DNA of 64,000 bases. Source: an uncultured Planctomycetales bacterium (GTDB lineage Bacteria; Omnitrophota; Gorgyraeia; Zapsychrales; JANLHA01). This document shows, in pieces, positions 15,001-30,000 of the stretch. How positions within the stretch are numbered: the stretch's first letter is position 1; every line of letters begins with the position of its first letter. Where the stretch lies: positions 30,195 to 94,194 of the forward strand of contig CAZQQI010000004.1 of the NCBI GenBank assembly GCA_964595465.1, read 5' to 3'. Below the pieces are notes generated by a model, which worked only from the letters and a program-made list of their open reading frames with translations, had not been told where the DNA came from and did no database searches. Made by a program: the position numbers and the translations under genes.

Positions 15001-18000
15001 GCGGGACACAACCAAAGATAAGCCCGAGAAAGATAAAAACATTATCTTGGTTGAGGACGCCAATTATCTCCTGCGTAAATATCCGGGTCTGAAAGGAGCC
15101 TACTTATCTGGTAAACCTTTTGGGGCCGTCTTTACTTACCGCAAAGAATTAAACGGGAAAGAGAAGAAGATCCTGTATGAATTTAAAGATGAACAAGGCG
15201 GATACATTGTCGAAATAGACCATATTGATCTGCCTGCCCATTACTTTGCCGGACAAGGGAAACCCGTCAACCAGAATCACCTTTACCGTTTCGTGCGCGG
15301 AGAAGTCGTTCAGATGATGGATATGAACCAGGATTTCTATCTGGAAGAAACCTTCAAGGCGCCGAATCTGATCGCTGAATTCCGCAAAAATGAGCGTCTG
15401 GTTATTATGGGGTATCCGGAAGATATTGTGACAGACGTCAGTTCACCGGCCGGTAGTGTCCACGCCTTTGGGGACCACACCTTCGCCACCCTGGTTCAGC
15501 GGGCATTGAACTGGAACGGGGTCCGCTTCCATTATGGACATCCGGACTTCGTCCGGGCTCGTAGTTTCCGTCAGCTGGGTCTGTTAAGTGCGCCGTGGGT
15601 CAACGAGGACATTTTCGGGGCTTATAAGGGAACGCTGTATGGTGAGGAAGTTTCCAACAGTGAGATCATGCAGGCAGCCAAAGGCCGTGAAGGTGTCTAT
15701 GAAGGCCTGCTGGGTATTTCGGATAAATTCGGCGCCGGCGCAGCAGAACAGGCCGTGACCCGTATGCTTTATCTGTTCAACCGTTCCGGCAAGATCGGTT
15801 TCGGCCGTGTCTTTGTTCACTTTATTGCCTCGATCGGCTACTTCCTGCGCAAGCCGTTGGTTGTTCTGCAGAACAATCTTTATATCCTGACCATCGTTTT
15901 GGGCGGTCTGAGCCTCTTTGCCGCATTTCCGGGTGAAGTCGTCTTCGGTCTTGTTGGTCTCATGCTGTCGCAGGCCATCACCATGACCGGATATATTCAG
16001 CTGATCAAAGAACACGGGTTCTTCAAAGGCACATGGAGATTTATGAAGGTCTTCCCGGTCGCAGCGTTATCTTATCAGGCTTTGATTTACGGTGCGTTTG
16101 CTCCGGGTGTCATCAAGGCGACCATTAATAATGCCGACTATGTCAAGACCGGACGTCGTCCGGGCCGTGAACACCGCACGCCGTTCCGCAAAGATGTCGG
16201 TTCAAGCGACCATATGGAACTCTATAAATATGTGGCCCTGGATGATAAGCCGGTATCAAAATACGGCAAGGTCGTTAACGGTTTTGTTAATGCCGCTTTA
16301 GGGATGATCCTCTGGCAGACCTGGGGCAGCATCTGGTCTCTGTTCCCGCTGATGATGATCTTCTCGTCCATGGTTGGCCCGTATATGCTGAATCCGGGTT
16401 CAACTCCGCTGACGGTTAGTTCCAAGACCTGGGTTAAGAATCATATCTTTGATATGAAACATGCTGCCTATAAAGCGGGTAAGAAATGGATCATCATTAC
16501 AGGTAGCTTTGCCGCCCTTTGGTTCGTTTTAGGCGGTCTGCCGTTCTTGCCGATCTTTGGGGTTATGACGGCGTACTGGGCGCTGGGATTCTTCCAGGAT
16601 CGTTCTGGCGAGGGGAATCGTGTTAAAAAGGTGCGTGATACGGTTGACGAATATGTCAGCATTACAGTGGTCATGAGTATTCTGACGGTGCTAGGAATTG
16701 CCGCTTTAGTTTACGCTGTGCCGCGTGATCTCATTAAAGGACGCATAGGTTGGATCAAGAAGATTTATAAAAACGGTGTCGGACAGAACGGACGGTTAAA
16801 GGAAACACAGGATGAGGGTAGCTATGGTCAAAAACAGGCAGAAACCAATCATTCGGCTGACGCACCAGGCGAGACAAAAGATAAGGGCCAGCAAAAGACG
16901 TCCGTTAAAGACGGTCAGGAACAGGATGCCGGCAGCCAAAAACAAAAGAATACAGATGTGTCTGATTCCGCTTCAAAAACTGCAAAAGAATTAAGCATTG
17001 GAACGTTGCAATCAATAAAGAGGGAATACAATCACAACGAAGATCAGATTGAAGTAGATAAAAAGGCCAAAAAATTGTGGAAATATCTGCTTGGTCATTC
17101 GCATGAGAAGATAAATGACGCGATTTCTCTTATAGCTCAGGCCGCAGAACTCGAGCAGGCGTTAGAGAAAGAAAAAGATAACGCTAAGAAGAACGCCTTG
17201 AAGAAAAAGATTTCGAATGTAGAAGGGCAACTGCTGCCCATTATCCCTGCCCTCGATCTGGCGACATTTGGGGTTCATCTGCAGGGGGAAGAAGAGCAGG
17301 CCGAAGCCAGTCAGGGCTTAAATGAACTTTTCAAGCGTCAACAGGATTTGATAAAGGAAAACAGAAAAGCTAAGAACCAGCAGTCAGCTGAGCGCAAAGC
17401 AGAAATTGAAGCGCAAATCACTCAAGCTCAGAATGAGTTGGCCAGAAAAGTCCCCGCTCTTACGACCCCGGTTATTACCTATTATTTAGAGAACGCAGCC
17501 GATATCCAAGAGGTGATAAAGGCCCTTGTCCAGCAGCATCAGATTTATTCCAACCAAAAATTCGAAAAGGCACTAAAGATCATCCAGAAAAGAAAACGGG
17601 ATGAATATCAAACAGTGACGTCAAGAGAAAAGCAAAAGATGTTCTCTGATATTTGGGAACAGGATATTAACGAAAATATTAAGAGTTTGTTGCATGCGCT
17701 GGTCGGAGAAAAGAACCAGGAGCGACAGGATGCAGGATCGTCTGCGGCTAAAGAATTGAAGAAGCGGCTGGATAAATCAGTAAAAATTCGTGCCGAGTTG
17801 TATATAGAGAAGCATGGTTACGACATCGAACTGCTTAAACAGCAGGCAATCAAGGCGGGAGTCGATGTCCCAAGCCGCGGGGAATGGATCTTCGCGAGAA
17901 TGCGTTCAGATTTACAGCAGGCTCTATTGGTTAAATATGATTTTGATCGGCAGGCTGTTTACCGCTCCATGATCAGTGAAGCGGAAATGCTGGCAGTACT

Positions 18001-21000
18001 GAGCCGCTTCCTTAACGCTCATGACAGTGAAGAAAGCCTCTATGAGGCAGATGATCTGGTTTTGGCCGGTAATGATGACTTGAAAACTTTTGAAGAAGCA
18101 CTGCGGTTATTTGAAGCAGGTGTGGGCCAGCGGATCGTGATCCTGGGCGGATACGGCCGTTTGACCCTGCCGCTGATCCAAAAAGCCGTGCAGGCCGGCT
18201 TCTCCATCAAGGTGGCTGATGATCGGATCATCAGTGACGGCCAACAGCTGGCCGAATTGATGGCGGAAGTCAATGATGAGAATATGTCGCAGATCATTAA
18301 CCGCAGTGAAGCGGATATGATCCGCCAGATTATGGTCCAGATGATAGGCGGGGATAATGAGATGCTCCGGAAGTTTAACGCAGCGGTCGTGCTTGAAGAA
18401 GATTCGGCCAATACGCGTCAGAATTTTGTGAATTACCGCCAAAAACTGATCGATGAGGACCGGCTGCAGGACGGGCAGTTATTCCGCGCCCTTTTCATTC
18501 AGACGCCGCACCAGCAGTTCCGCACACACGCCACTTTTAATAGTGTTTTCCAAGCTGAAATTGCCGCTGACAAAATAAAAGGCATCAGCCGCACCATTGA
18601 CCTGCGCATTCAGCCTACGGCAGAGTTCAGAAGTCTACTTATCGCAGAGCTAATTAAAATTATCGCCTATACCAAGAAAGGCGATATTCTGCCGGTCTAC
18701 AAGGACAAAGACGGTCTCCCCGCCATCCCGGCAAATATATGGAAAACAGGGGCCCAGCTCTTCACTGATCTTACTGCATCTGATCAAAATGACCTCGCTG
18801 TGGGCATGTTTCAGATCATCGAAGCGGCCGGCTTTAACAGAATCGACATCGTCTCTGAGAATGATCCTGATGCGGTAAAAGAATTTATATCAATAGTGAT
18901 AGCCCCGACGTTTATTAGAGAGATTCAGGAAGATATTCGCGCAGAGCGGCCGGCAATTACCGCACAGGAAGACGGCTACGACCTGCGCGTCAGCGATGTT
19001 CAGATCCCTGAGCAATACCAGCCGGCTGTCGAGGCTGCTCTGCGCAAGGCCCTGCAGGAAGGCGCGATCCTGATCAAGGCGGTTAATGCCGAAGGTCAGG
19101 AAATCATCATCCCGGCCGATCAGATCACCATCCGCTTCTCCAGTGTGCATTTTATCATCGATATCAAACAAGCCCTGACCAGCCTTCGCGTTGTAATGAA
19201 GGAAGAGAACGAGACCCCCGCGAAGCAGACGGAAGATACCCAAAACCCGCCCGCCGCCGCAGCCGAACCGCAAAAAGCTGAACCTGCCGCAGAAAAAATC
19301 GCTGACCAGAAAGAACCGGCGGCAGCAGAAAACGAAAATAAAGCAGCTGCTGAAAAGTCTGCAATACAGGAAAACGAAACGGCTCCGGCTGAAACTGCAA
19401 AACCATCTGAAGAACCCAAAGCCGCAGAAGTCAAACCTGTTGTTGAAACTCAACCAAGCCGGACAAGCCGCCTCCGCCGTTTTATTCGCCGTGTCGTGGG
19501 CATCTCTTCAATGCTGGCTATCGTTTCCTTGAGCGCCTATTCCGCGTTGTTCCTCCTTGCCAAATACAACGATCTGCCGGGAGTCAGCAAAGACATCACG
19601 GCAGCCTTTACAGCTTCAGCTGAAGAGTTTGTTTCTGCTGTCCCGGCCTGGATCCTGCCGGCGCTGGGATTCAGTATGATCGTGATGATCAGTGCTGTTT
19701 TGATAGGGAAATTGATCAAGACAGCTAAAGAGCACGAAGCACAGCAGAATTATGAAGAAATCACCTCTGATGATCTGATCGAAGAGTGGACAGAACTTGA
19801 TATTCTTTCAGCGCGGGAATCAGCAGCTCGTGGGTTGGAGGTGGTTGGATTAGGCGCGGCAGCAGAATTGGTCCGCCGGGGTGAAGTGGATGCTGATTAT
19901 AACGCTCAGCGCTACGACGCGTATGTCGGCCGGTTAATCGCACAAGCTATGTTTCATGACGAGCATGTACAGGAATGGATGACCGGCAAAAATATTTTAA
20001 TTAAGTTGACTGGCCGGACACGTTACCGTTTCTACAGCCGGGCGGTGAGAGGCGCGTTTGCTGAACCGGATGATGCCAAGAAAGAATATGGCGAAGACCT
20101 GAGCGAGATAAAATTAACCGAACGCAGCATTAAAGAAGATATTAGAGAAGCCGCCCGGAAAGCATGGGCGCAGATAACTGGAGAAGGTGCAGGAGGTGTC
20201 GAGCGGTTAACCATACTTAAAGAAAACGCCGCTCAGCGCAGAAAAACTGAAAATATTGCAAAAGGTTTACGCAAACTGAGTAAAGCTGCTGTCTATATCA
20301 TTGTGTTTTTAATCGGCTTGTCAGCACTCAACGCGATGACGGCACCGGTCATGGCGCAGACCATCTCTGCCGATCAGCAGGAAGCATCACTTCATGGGTT
20401 GCCGCAAGAAACCGGATTTGACATAGATGATATCCGTATGCCCTCCAGCGAAGATGTCTTGGTCGGCCTGGGAGCCCGGAATATTTCCCGGGAGGACATA
20501 CAGATTATGATGGCGCAGGAAAAATCTGCAGCGATTTACAAGGCATTGGAAAAGGCCGGCCAAGAGCATCTCTGGCACGAAGCCCTGGTGAATCGTCAGG
20601 AAGCGTCTTCAGGCCAGACCGTCATTGGTGTAACCGCGCATATTATTGCGCAGGATCCGGTCATAGACGGCAAACCTGTAATCCCTGCCCAGCGGATGGA
20701 GATTGCCGAAAACGTTTACGTGCGCGCACATGCACCGCAAATGTTTCTGGCTTATGAGAACGCTGACAATGAGATAGCAGCGATTACCGCTGGCGGGCGC
20801 CGTTTTGTGATCTCGCCTGAGTTGAGGGATGAGATCGCAGCTCAGGAAAATTTCAGTGATGATGATTGGGTCGTTATTCCTCAGCTCGATGATGACAGGA
20901 GCCGCATTATCATAATGAAACGCACCATCAGTGAATTGAGCGGGCGCCTGCCGCAGCAGCGTATCAACGGGTATGAAGGTCTGCGCGGCGGTGCGGTTAT

Positions 21001-24000
21001 GGTCATCAGCGCACAGACCAAGGGGCAGGATAAAAAGACTTTTCATGACCTTGCCGGCCAGCTTCTGCGGGAGGCCGCAGAAGTGATAGGTTCTGATTAT
21101 TATAAAACTCAGCTGCTTAACATTTACCGTGTTCCGACTTACCTTTTTGAGCGCGAGGCCGGACCGGCCGAATCTGTGGTGTATCGGTATTACGAAGAAG
21201 GCGAGGTCATGAGCGCCAGCTATGCAGGCACCATCAAAGGCATTGAGACGGATGTTGCGTATGAGCGGGTTTACAGCCCGTATTCCGGTAAAGTCGATAA
21301 GGTCGAGCGCACAGATTCCGGCATCCGCGTCATGATTAAGGGTGCCCCAAGAGCCATTATCGGTTTAGAGGCCACGATCATTCGTGAAGGCGACATTGTG
21401 ACGGCTGGCGAAATGGTCGGCCTGAATAACGTTCAGGTTCGCGCAGGTGGCCGTCTGCCGGCATCAGAAGAAGAGGTCGAAAGCGCACGTGAAGAGGTTG
21501 CCCAGAGAATAAAGGTAGATAGTCAGCGCGCCGCAAGTACACAGGTAAACCTTTCGCAGCAAGAAAAAGATGCATCTTCACCGAACCATCGCGCACCTCA
21601 GGATGAAAAGCAAAGACAGATTATAGAAAACAGGGCCGCCAATTTACGAACAGATGTGAGCGGAACAGAATACAGCGGCCAGCAGCAGGAGATAATGAGC
21701 GTTATCGAGCGGGCTCGTTTCCAAGTTCTGCATAACCGCTTATTTATTGATACCGAAGATGAGCCGGATCTGATCGTGGCCTCGATTGCGAAAGGCACTC
21801 TTTATAAAGAAGTCTATTCATTCAGTTCCCTGGATGACGTTCAGGATAAAAATTCTTTCATGTATTTTATCCGCAACAACCCCACTGCTACAGTGGAGAT
21901 TTATCAGGTGCCTGCAGACGTAGAACGTGGTGGTTTTGATATGTCCAGTATCCGGCAGGATCGATATCGTTTATCTACTATAGAGGAGATCGATAGAGCT
22001 ATCCAAAATGGAGAACATATCGTTGTTGTCGTGGAAGGAACGGTTGAAGATGAGCATTTTGAAGGAATATTATTCGCGGGCACAGAGGCAGCTCAAGATC
22101 GCAAAGAGCTGAATGACCGCGTCAGGGACCACCTTCTGCAGACGATACGGCTGCAGAAGGTGTTAGGTTCAGCCGAAGGCGGAGTTCTCACAATTGAACA
22201 GCAGCGGGCGGCAGTCCGGGCAAAATATCCTGCGAGTTTCGGAAATGCTGTCTTTAAAAACACATCTTTATTTGTGGCCGCCCAGGTTGGCACAGATAAC
22301 CGTGGATTTATTAGAAGTGTCCGGTCGCTGCTGACGAGCGGAAATTTTCATCGCCTTAATATTGACGGCGCGCAGTATCCTGCCATGACCATAAATGGTC
22401 AGACGTTTGTGCTGCGTTATTGGCCGTTTGATACCCATCATATAGTCAAACGCTACATTCCCATACCTGTTGAACTGAATGGTGAAGGCCGTGTTATTAA
22501 AGAAGAACGAGCGGCTGTGATCAGAGAATTAAAACGATCGTTAACCAGCGCGGACCAGGTGCGGGGGACGATCATTCTCGGAGAATATTTTTATCAGGCT
22601 GAAGGCGTTAAGAACGGCATCGGCAGGATCATGCTGGCCCGGGAACAGCAGGCGATGCAGGATCAAAAGGCCTATATGGATAAGAAGATCATATCTGAAC
22701 TCTTGTTCCTGCCGGCAAATTTTTATATCCAGAGTCCGGTTCCAGTCAGCACGCCAGGAAGCATCCTCTTCGATCTGATGTTTAAACCGGACAATGATCT
22801 GTATAGACCGTTGACCAATGAAGAAAAAACGCAGTTTTTGGCGCAGTATAGAACGCTTTATCGTGAGAATGTTTCCGCTCGTCTGGATGCTGATTCTACT
22901 TTGGATCTATGGCAGAAGAAATGGAACATGTTAAATAAGCAGGAGCAGGACCGGGCGCTTAGAGAAGCCGATATCCTGGTCAATGATCTACTCAGCGCCG
23001 ATGAGAGAGATCTGCTCGATGCCTTTAGTCAGCGCCGGCACAATGAAATGGAAGTCCTGACAGCCTTAAATTGGCTGTCGCAGGGAGCGCGTTTTGCCGG
23101 GGAGATCATGGAGCGCTATGACACCCGGCAGGTTGTTGTGCCGCGGGCGTTAGGTCCGGAGTCCGCTGTGTTTGACGCCCCCCGGCATCAGGCAGCTGTC
23201 GATATTTTGACACAAAAATATATTTCTTTCACCGGGGAATTAAATCTGATTTCGACATTGACCCTGGGAGAACATACCAGCATCGGAGTCAATACCGGTC
23301 AGAATATGAACTTTTTGGAGAGTTTGCTGCAGCTGGGTATTACTGTTGACCTTAAGTCGGTTATCAATCAGGGGGCCATAGCAGCAACAGGGGATCCTAC
23401 CAGCACACGCTTCGTTACCGCACCGACACGAACGCGGTTCAATCTTTATATCGGCGGATTTCCGCTATCTTTGGTGCTTGACCGGGTGTTGTTGGGTCAG
23501 GTTCTGGAGGCGCATCAGGATGAAGATATTTACGCGATCCAGATCAAGGACGGGTTTTTCTTCAGCGACCTTGAAACATATACCCGTGAGCAATTTGATG
23601 TTCTTACCAAAGCCGTCGCTGACGCAAGGGTTGTTGTAGGCAAGACAGAGGTCAATGTCGGAGGCCGCGTCAAGACAGTGGCGTTTTATCTTGTCGCCCG
23701 TCTAAAAGCTGATGGGAAACCAGAGCTGCAGGTCTTTATGTTGACACCGGCGGCTTATGAAGCTGAAGCACACAGGATCGATCGTGAAATCGCACAGTAT
23801 CAAGATTTTATCAGGTCTCAGCGGGAAGGCGGATATAGCGCCCGTTATGGCGCGAGAGGGGGCACCTATGCTCAGAATATCGCAACCGGCCTGTTGAAAT
23901 CTTATGATCAGCAGCGTCTGGCTGACTATCCGAATGCCTACACCTGGGACATGATGGTGGTGGCTGAACGGATGCTGAACGCGCATGATCGAGAGCGCGC

Positions 24001-27000
24001 CCGTGATATTCTGGATTTTTATTATCAAGCCTATCAGACGCAGATCCGAAAAAACAAAAAGATTGGGTTAGCGGGATTATTTGATAATGACCGTAAATAC
24101 TTTGAAGGCTTTGCTCCGTCATATCATGCTTACACAGGCGTACCGGAAACGCGTGCTGACCTGGCCTCGACAGCTGCGGTTGGATATATGATCCTTCGCT
24201 ACGAAACAGCAACCGGAGACAGTCAGTATCATGAAATGCTTCAAGATATTGCTTACTGGCTGCGCGCGCGTCAAGAAGCCAGCGGAGGACAAGGTATACG
24301 CTCAACAGAGAATGGCCCGCTCAATAAATATGCCGAGCCGAATGCCGTGGCTTTCGCGTTCTTGAACGCGTACGACCGTATCGATAAAGAGTATCGAGGC
24401 ATAGATAGGATCGGCAATATTTTCGGCCACAATAATCGGTCCTTAAGCGGACGTGCCGCTGATGATATTCAGCGCTGGCTGGTGACCCGCATGTGGCAGG
24501 ACGATCTCATCCGCAATGCGCAGAATGGTGCCGGATATTCGGCAGACGCGCAGTCACGCTGGATCACAGTTCTTGGGCCGGATAAAATTATGCAGATCAA
24601 GGCGTGGAATGCGAGAGATCTCTATAATTATGTCCAGGATATCCGCAGTCATTTTGAAGTGAGCATCGATCATCCGGTTTATGGCGAGCTGCGGTTGATA
24701 GATGTCGCAGACCGTACTCTTATCGCTGGAAGCGATCGGCCGGAAGTGAACGGCCGAAAAATTCGAGCCGGGTTTATTGAAGCGACTTCAGAAATGATCG
24801 GTGCGTTCCGTATGATCGCTGATGAACTGGAACAGCAGAATGAACATGAATTGGCGGATCGTGTCCGTGCTTATGCCCGGCAGTATTCAAAATCTATCCG
24901 GAGCGTGAAAAACCAGCAGGATGGGACACTTCCACAGGCTGTGCATGTTTTGGATATAAATCCGGACACGAAAGAAATTGATTCCGGGGTGGGTTATACA
25001 ACAATTATCGGAGACCGATCATTAGCGGCGCTTGCTCAATATCAAATCAGCGTGATCGATAATGAAAACATGTTTACCCTGGATCAAGACAGCAGGCCTA
25101 TCTTGTATATGGAAGGTCGTCCCGGCCATGAGATCACAGCCGAAGAGATGCGGAATCAACCAACGGTGAATATAGGAGAAGAGAGCCATGAGCTCATGCG
25201 GCGCAATATCGAAAACATGATCGACCGCGCTAATCGGGGAGAAGAAGTGGAAGGCCTGATTTATTATGACGCAACGAACGCCCAAGAAGCAGTCTTTATT
25301 GACGAGCTTGGAAGGCTTCAGCATGTTAAGTTGATTCCTTCCGCCGGCGAGCGTCAACGGTATGCCTCACTGCTTGACCGCCAGTTCCGCGATAGCCGGG
25401 ACTATGCCCAGGCGTTAAGGAAAGGCGGTGTGATCTTTACAGGAAGTGACCGCCGGCCGATCCGTACAGATGATGGCTCACGGATTTATGGATCAGAATG
25501 GGTCGGTAAAGTTTTAGACGCGGTCGATGAACTGACTCAGATTGAACGTTCTGCGATTTATCATAAACGTTTCGCGGATTTTGATATCGATATAGACCTT
25601 GACGGAGACGGCACGAAGGACAGCGTACGGGCCACGATTGTCTTTCCGATGGAGGAGAGGCTGAGTGTCCGCCGATCGATGCATGAAAAAACCGGCCTGG
25701 CAGTGACCCGTGTCTTTAAAAATGGCCGCCCTCTCTATGAAGTTCACAATGGAACCCTCACGGTGCATACCTTTCAATCGCCTAGGAGTGAACAAGCTGT
25801 TGATATGCTCAGACGGGCTGAAAAAGAACTCGGTCAGGATATAGATGTGCTGCTGCCTGCGGGATCACACAATTATGATTTCGGGGAGATTGAATTCACC
25901 GAAGATAATATTGTGGAACGTGTTCAAGATTTTCTCAACGAAGATCCGCAGGTGATAGCAGAGAGTGTTGTCACAGGGCATCATTTTATGGATGTGGAGC
26001 ACGCGAAGGCGTATCAGACAAATGCTGAAGTCAGCCGCGGTGTACACATTGATTATCAAACAGGTGAAATGAAATATAGCATTCATGGGCTTGCCGGTCC
26101 TATTTTTGAGGTCACCCACAGCAAAATCGTGCAGAATATTTATACACCTGAAGGAGAGAAACAGGCCTCGTTAGTCTATGTGAATCCCATTGAATCCGAT
26201 AATTTGGCTGAACAATTGCTGATAGGGATGGATATCGAGGACATCATTCAGCAGTCCGGCTTACAGGCGGAAAGACACCAGTATACGGCCGGAGAAGAAT
26301 ACCGGACAATCGAGCAGGTACAGGATCGCCGTACAGATGAGGTGTACATCCGGGTAGTGGATCGTCATGGCCGCATCCAAGTGGAACGCCATCCCGAGTT
26401 TTCCACCGAGACCCGTTATACCTTCGATCAAGATTTTGTAGGCGGGAAAATTGCCGCGCATAGTACGACATTTCAGAATGACCAGCCCATTAAAGAATTC
26501 AAAGCAACAGAGTATGATACTGCGACTCAGACCGTTTACGGAATGATCACCGATCTGTGGACCGGAGGGGAACAAAATGTGGCTATCCGTGAAGGCAATA
26601 TTGCGGAAACGCGTGTAGAAGATAGTTTGGGCGATATTCGCCACACGGCATATGCGCGGAATAGAAACGGCACGAGAGTAACGGCAACGATCACCCAAAC
26701 CGGCGAGCCGCAGCAGACGGTTATATCAGAGTTCGATCCTCAACGCGGTCTCTGGCAAGAACACGGGACAGAATGGGCCGCCTTTGGGGAAGGATCTCTG
26801 CCAATGCAAATGCGCCGGGAACGGGATTTAGAAGGCCTGGTGATTCAGGAAGAGAATGCGACAACCGGCCGTTTATATGTGCCGCAATACAATGAATATG
26901 GTACAGAGATCAGCGGTGTCATGTATGAGAAAAATCTGGAGACGGATAAATATGAGCCGGCTTATCGATATTCCGATTATATCTATCAAAATGGGGATGT

Positions 27001-30000
27001 GACGCGGAAGCGAACGGATGCGCGCAACGGAGTAGTGATTTGGGAAACATTAAGTCAGCTGGGCGCGCAAAAATATATCTGGTATCCCGCTAAAGGTGAA
27101 GTGGTGAATGTCCAGAATAATAGTGTACACACCATTGCAGGAGGAGAGACACTTGGAAGCGCGGAGGCTATTGGTGAACAGATCGCTGAGATAAGGGATG
27201 CTGGCGTGATTGATCAGTCAGTCGAGATCGAAGGGGAAGAAGTGATCGTCCGGATTCAGCTGACAAGACGAAGCGATCAACCGCTGACACTGAAAGGCAT
27301 CGATCCTGCCACGGGAGAAACAAACGCGGAGGCGTCCAGCTATAAAAATGAAATCATCCTGAAGGATTATGATGTGATCCACACATATGAAAATGGTGTT
27401 ATCGGCGAAAAGAAAGCGGATGTGATCCATCATGGTGTCATCGAACAGGAGATCCACTATGGAGATCCGCTGCAGACCGCAACGGTTCGATCTGTGATCA
27501 CAGGGCGTACAGATGAACCGCAAGAACTTGGTGGAACAGATCCGTCAACCGGAGACACTAATGCCGCGCTTTACCCCGATAAGAATGAAATAACGTTAAT
27601 TGAAACCAATACGATTCACAGGCTTAGTCGTATTGATAATGTGTCCTGGCTTATCGGAGAGCAGATTGCGCAACTGCGGCCGGCAGGGATGTTGAATGTG
27701 AACGGCCGAACGGTGCAGGTGTTTGAACGCAGTGCTTGCAATGGCGCATATGAGAAGGCGTTCGGCATCATCACGGATGTTACCCGCGAAGAAAACCGTG
27801 ATGAGATTGGTAAAGAATATATAGAATTTTATCCTACCCGATTTGAAAAACGAAAGCCGGTTGAAGGAAGGGCTCTTATCGGATTTAGAGAAGACGAGCG
27901 ACGCATAATATATCATTTTAATAAGGAATACCAGCTTGTAGGAAGAAACGAAGAAATTCTGAGCGGATCATTAAATGAAGAATATGCTCTGGGGTGGATT
28001 GTCCGATCCACTGATGCCCTTCATGCCTTACCGCAGAACCTGCCGGAAGGCTTTAGACATAATTTTGAAGCGCACTCGGTTGCGGGCGATATCTTTATTG
28101 CTGATGAACAAGATGATAGCCGTAAATTCGTACGATCCTATATTATGATGTCATCGGGTAATGAGGATAAGATTCTGGCGGAGATCACGCGAGACAGTTC
28201 TCTTACCGGCGGATATAGAGTTGAATTTGATTTTATATACAATCATCAGCGTTATGGTTTTGTATATTCTGCCAGCAAAGAAAATCAGATTTATCGTTTC
28301 AATGAACTGATCGGCTACTATGAATATGATGGCTCAAAGAAGTATATCTATACGGCGACAGAAAATGAGAATGAGTTCAAACTAGCCGGCGTCTGGTATA
28401 AAGGATCCCGCGGAGATGATACATATATGCCGGTGGAAAATTTTAGGGCGTCCGTTTTTCTGCAAGGACGGAAGATCGTTGATAAATATATTCAGAAACA
28501 GGGTGAGGGGAAACCCGACCTTCCGAAAAAGGTTGTCTATGATCAATACGGTATTCCGATCGCTACCCTGAACCGTACGACAGGGCGCCTGATTGAACTT
28601 GTTAAAATTGAGCGGAAAAATGATCGTATGGCGATCTTCGGTTTCGCGAGCGGTTTTTATACTCCTCGGCTGGAGATCTATGAGATTGGCGATATAACAC
28701 CTCTTGTTCGTGCCTGGGGATTCAGATCTCGCTCCCGTGCCTGGACCAATCGTTCAGATTTCCGTAACAGAGTTAATTCCAATATTTTTGATGCCGCGAT
28801 TCAGGAAATGCGGCAGTTGGTTAATGGCGGAAGAACTCTGGAGGGCATGGATCTTAGTGAAGTGTATGAAGAGATTCAGGACCTGCGTAAGGCGGAAGAG
28901 TTTCAAAAGGCGCTCATAGGTATTAATTTTGTCCCGGAGGGTGTCGGGTTAAGATCAGTGCCCTGGCGTAATGACAGCGAGGAAGACATTCAAACTCCGG
29001 CTCTGCCTATCAATGACGGTTGGATTCCGCAGCAGATTAAATATCATGATGACGCACACGCAGCGCTGATCCCTACCAGCCCTGAGGCGCAGTCGAAAGA
29101 ATATATCAATACTCGATCAGAGGCCGTGATATTACGAGCGCTCTTACGTATGGGCCGTTATCAGGACGTTGCCCGCGCACTTCGTTTCTACGCTATTATG
29201 ACCAGTGACGGGACAGAAAATGTTAAGAACTCTTACCATGCGCCGTCCGGAGAGCCGCTTGAGCAAGTCTTCGGTTACACCAAGCCGTCATATGCCGCTT
29301 CAAAAGCGGGCTCTTCTATTGCAGTCGCAGAGGTTGCCTGGGAATACGCTTTGGTCACGGGTGACAGATCTGCGGCTGAACTGGCAAAAAATATTCTTGA
29401 AAAACTGATCCGGGATTATCATTCACAGCATCTTGATTACGGTATACGCAATGTTCCATCAGAAGGCGACAAGAAAGTTCTGAATGGGACCGTTATGTGG
29501 CCGGAACCGGAGTATATGGATACCACAGATAATGTGTCTTTTTACCTCTTATTGGAAAAAATGTCCAGGACCGGAGAGGGATTTAAGAAAAGACCATTTA
29601 AGCAGATGGTTGAGAACCTGAAAGCGTCTCAGGAACAATGGATAGATAACTATCTTAAGCCAAGATTTCAGCGTGAAGGAGTTGTTACCTCGGGCATCTT
29701 TGAGATCCAGGAAGTTGTGCCGGAATATTCAACAAATGATCAAAAAACGCTTTATGGCGAAACGCCATCTGTTACCCCGCAAGACGTCCTTCTTTATATT
29801 GAAGCGCAATTAAAGCGGAAGACTATGACTCGCTTAGAAGCAAAACAGGCATTGGATCAGGTTGTCACATATTTCGGTGTTGAGGTCGAAGGGCTGCATG
29901 GTCTTGATTATAGTCTCCCGATGGCCCGTCAAGATGTTATTTCTACAGAAATTACGGGTGAGTTTATTTCAGTCGCAGAGAAGGCGGGCTATGATGAGGC

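Larger units (their letters stand above)
505..19160 (+). other. Paralogous super-module 1 of the giant protein (about 6,200 aa)
   Basis: Begins with AVPAWILPALGFSMIVMISAVLIGKLIK... and ends with the conserved GYDLRVSDVQIPEQYQPAVEA...ADQITIRFSSVHFII block. It is homologous to 19603..35912 along its length, for example the shared LytM-like domain and the shared NEDIFGAYKG / SEDIWAVQQQ region upstream of a TM cluster. Confidence 0.7.
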
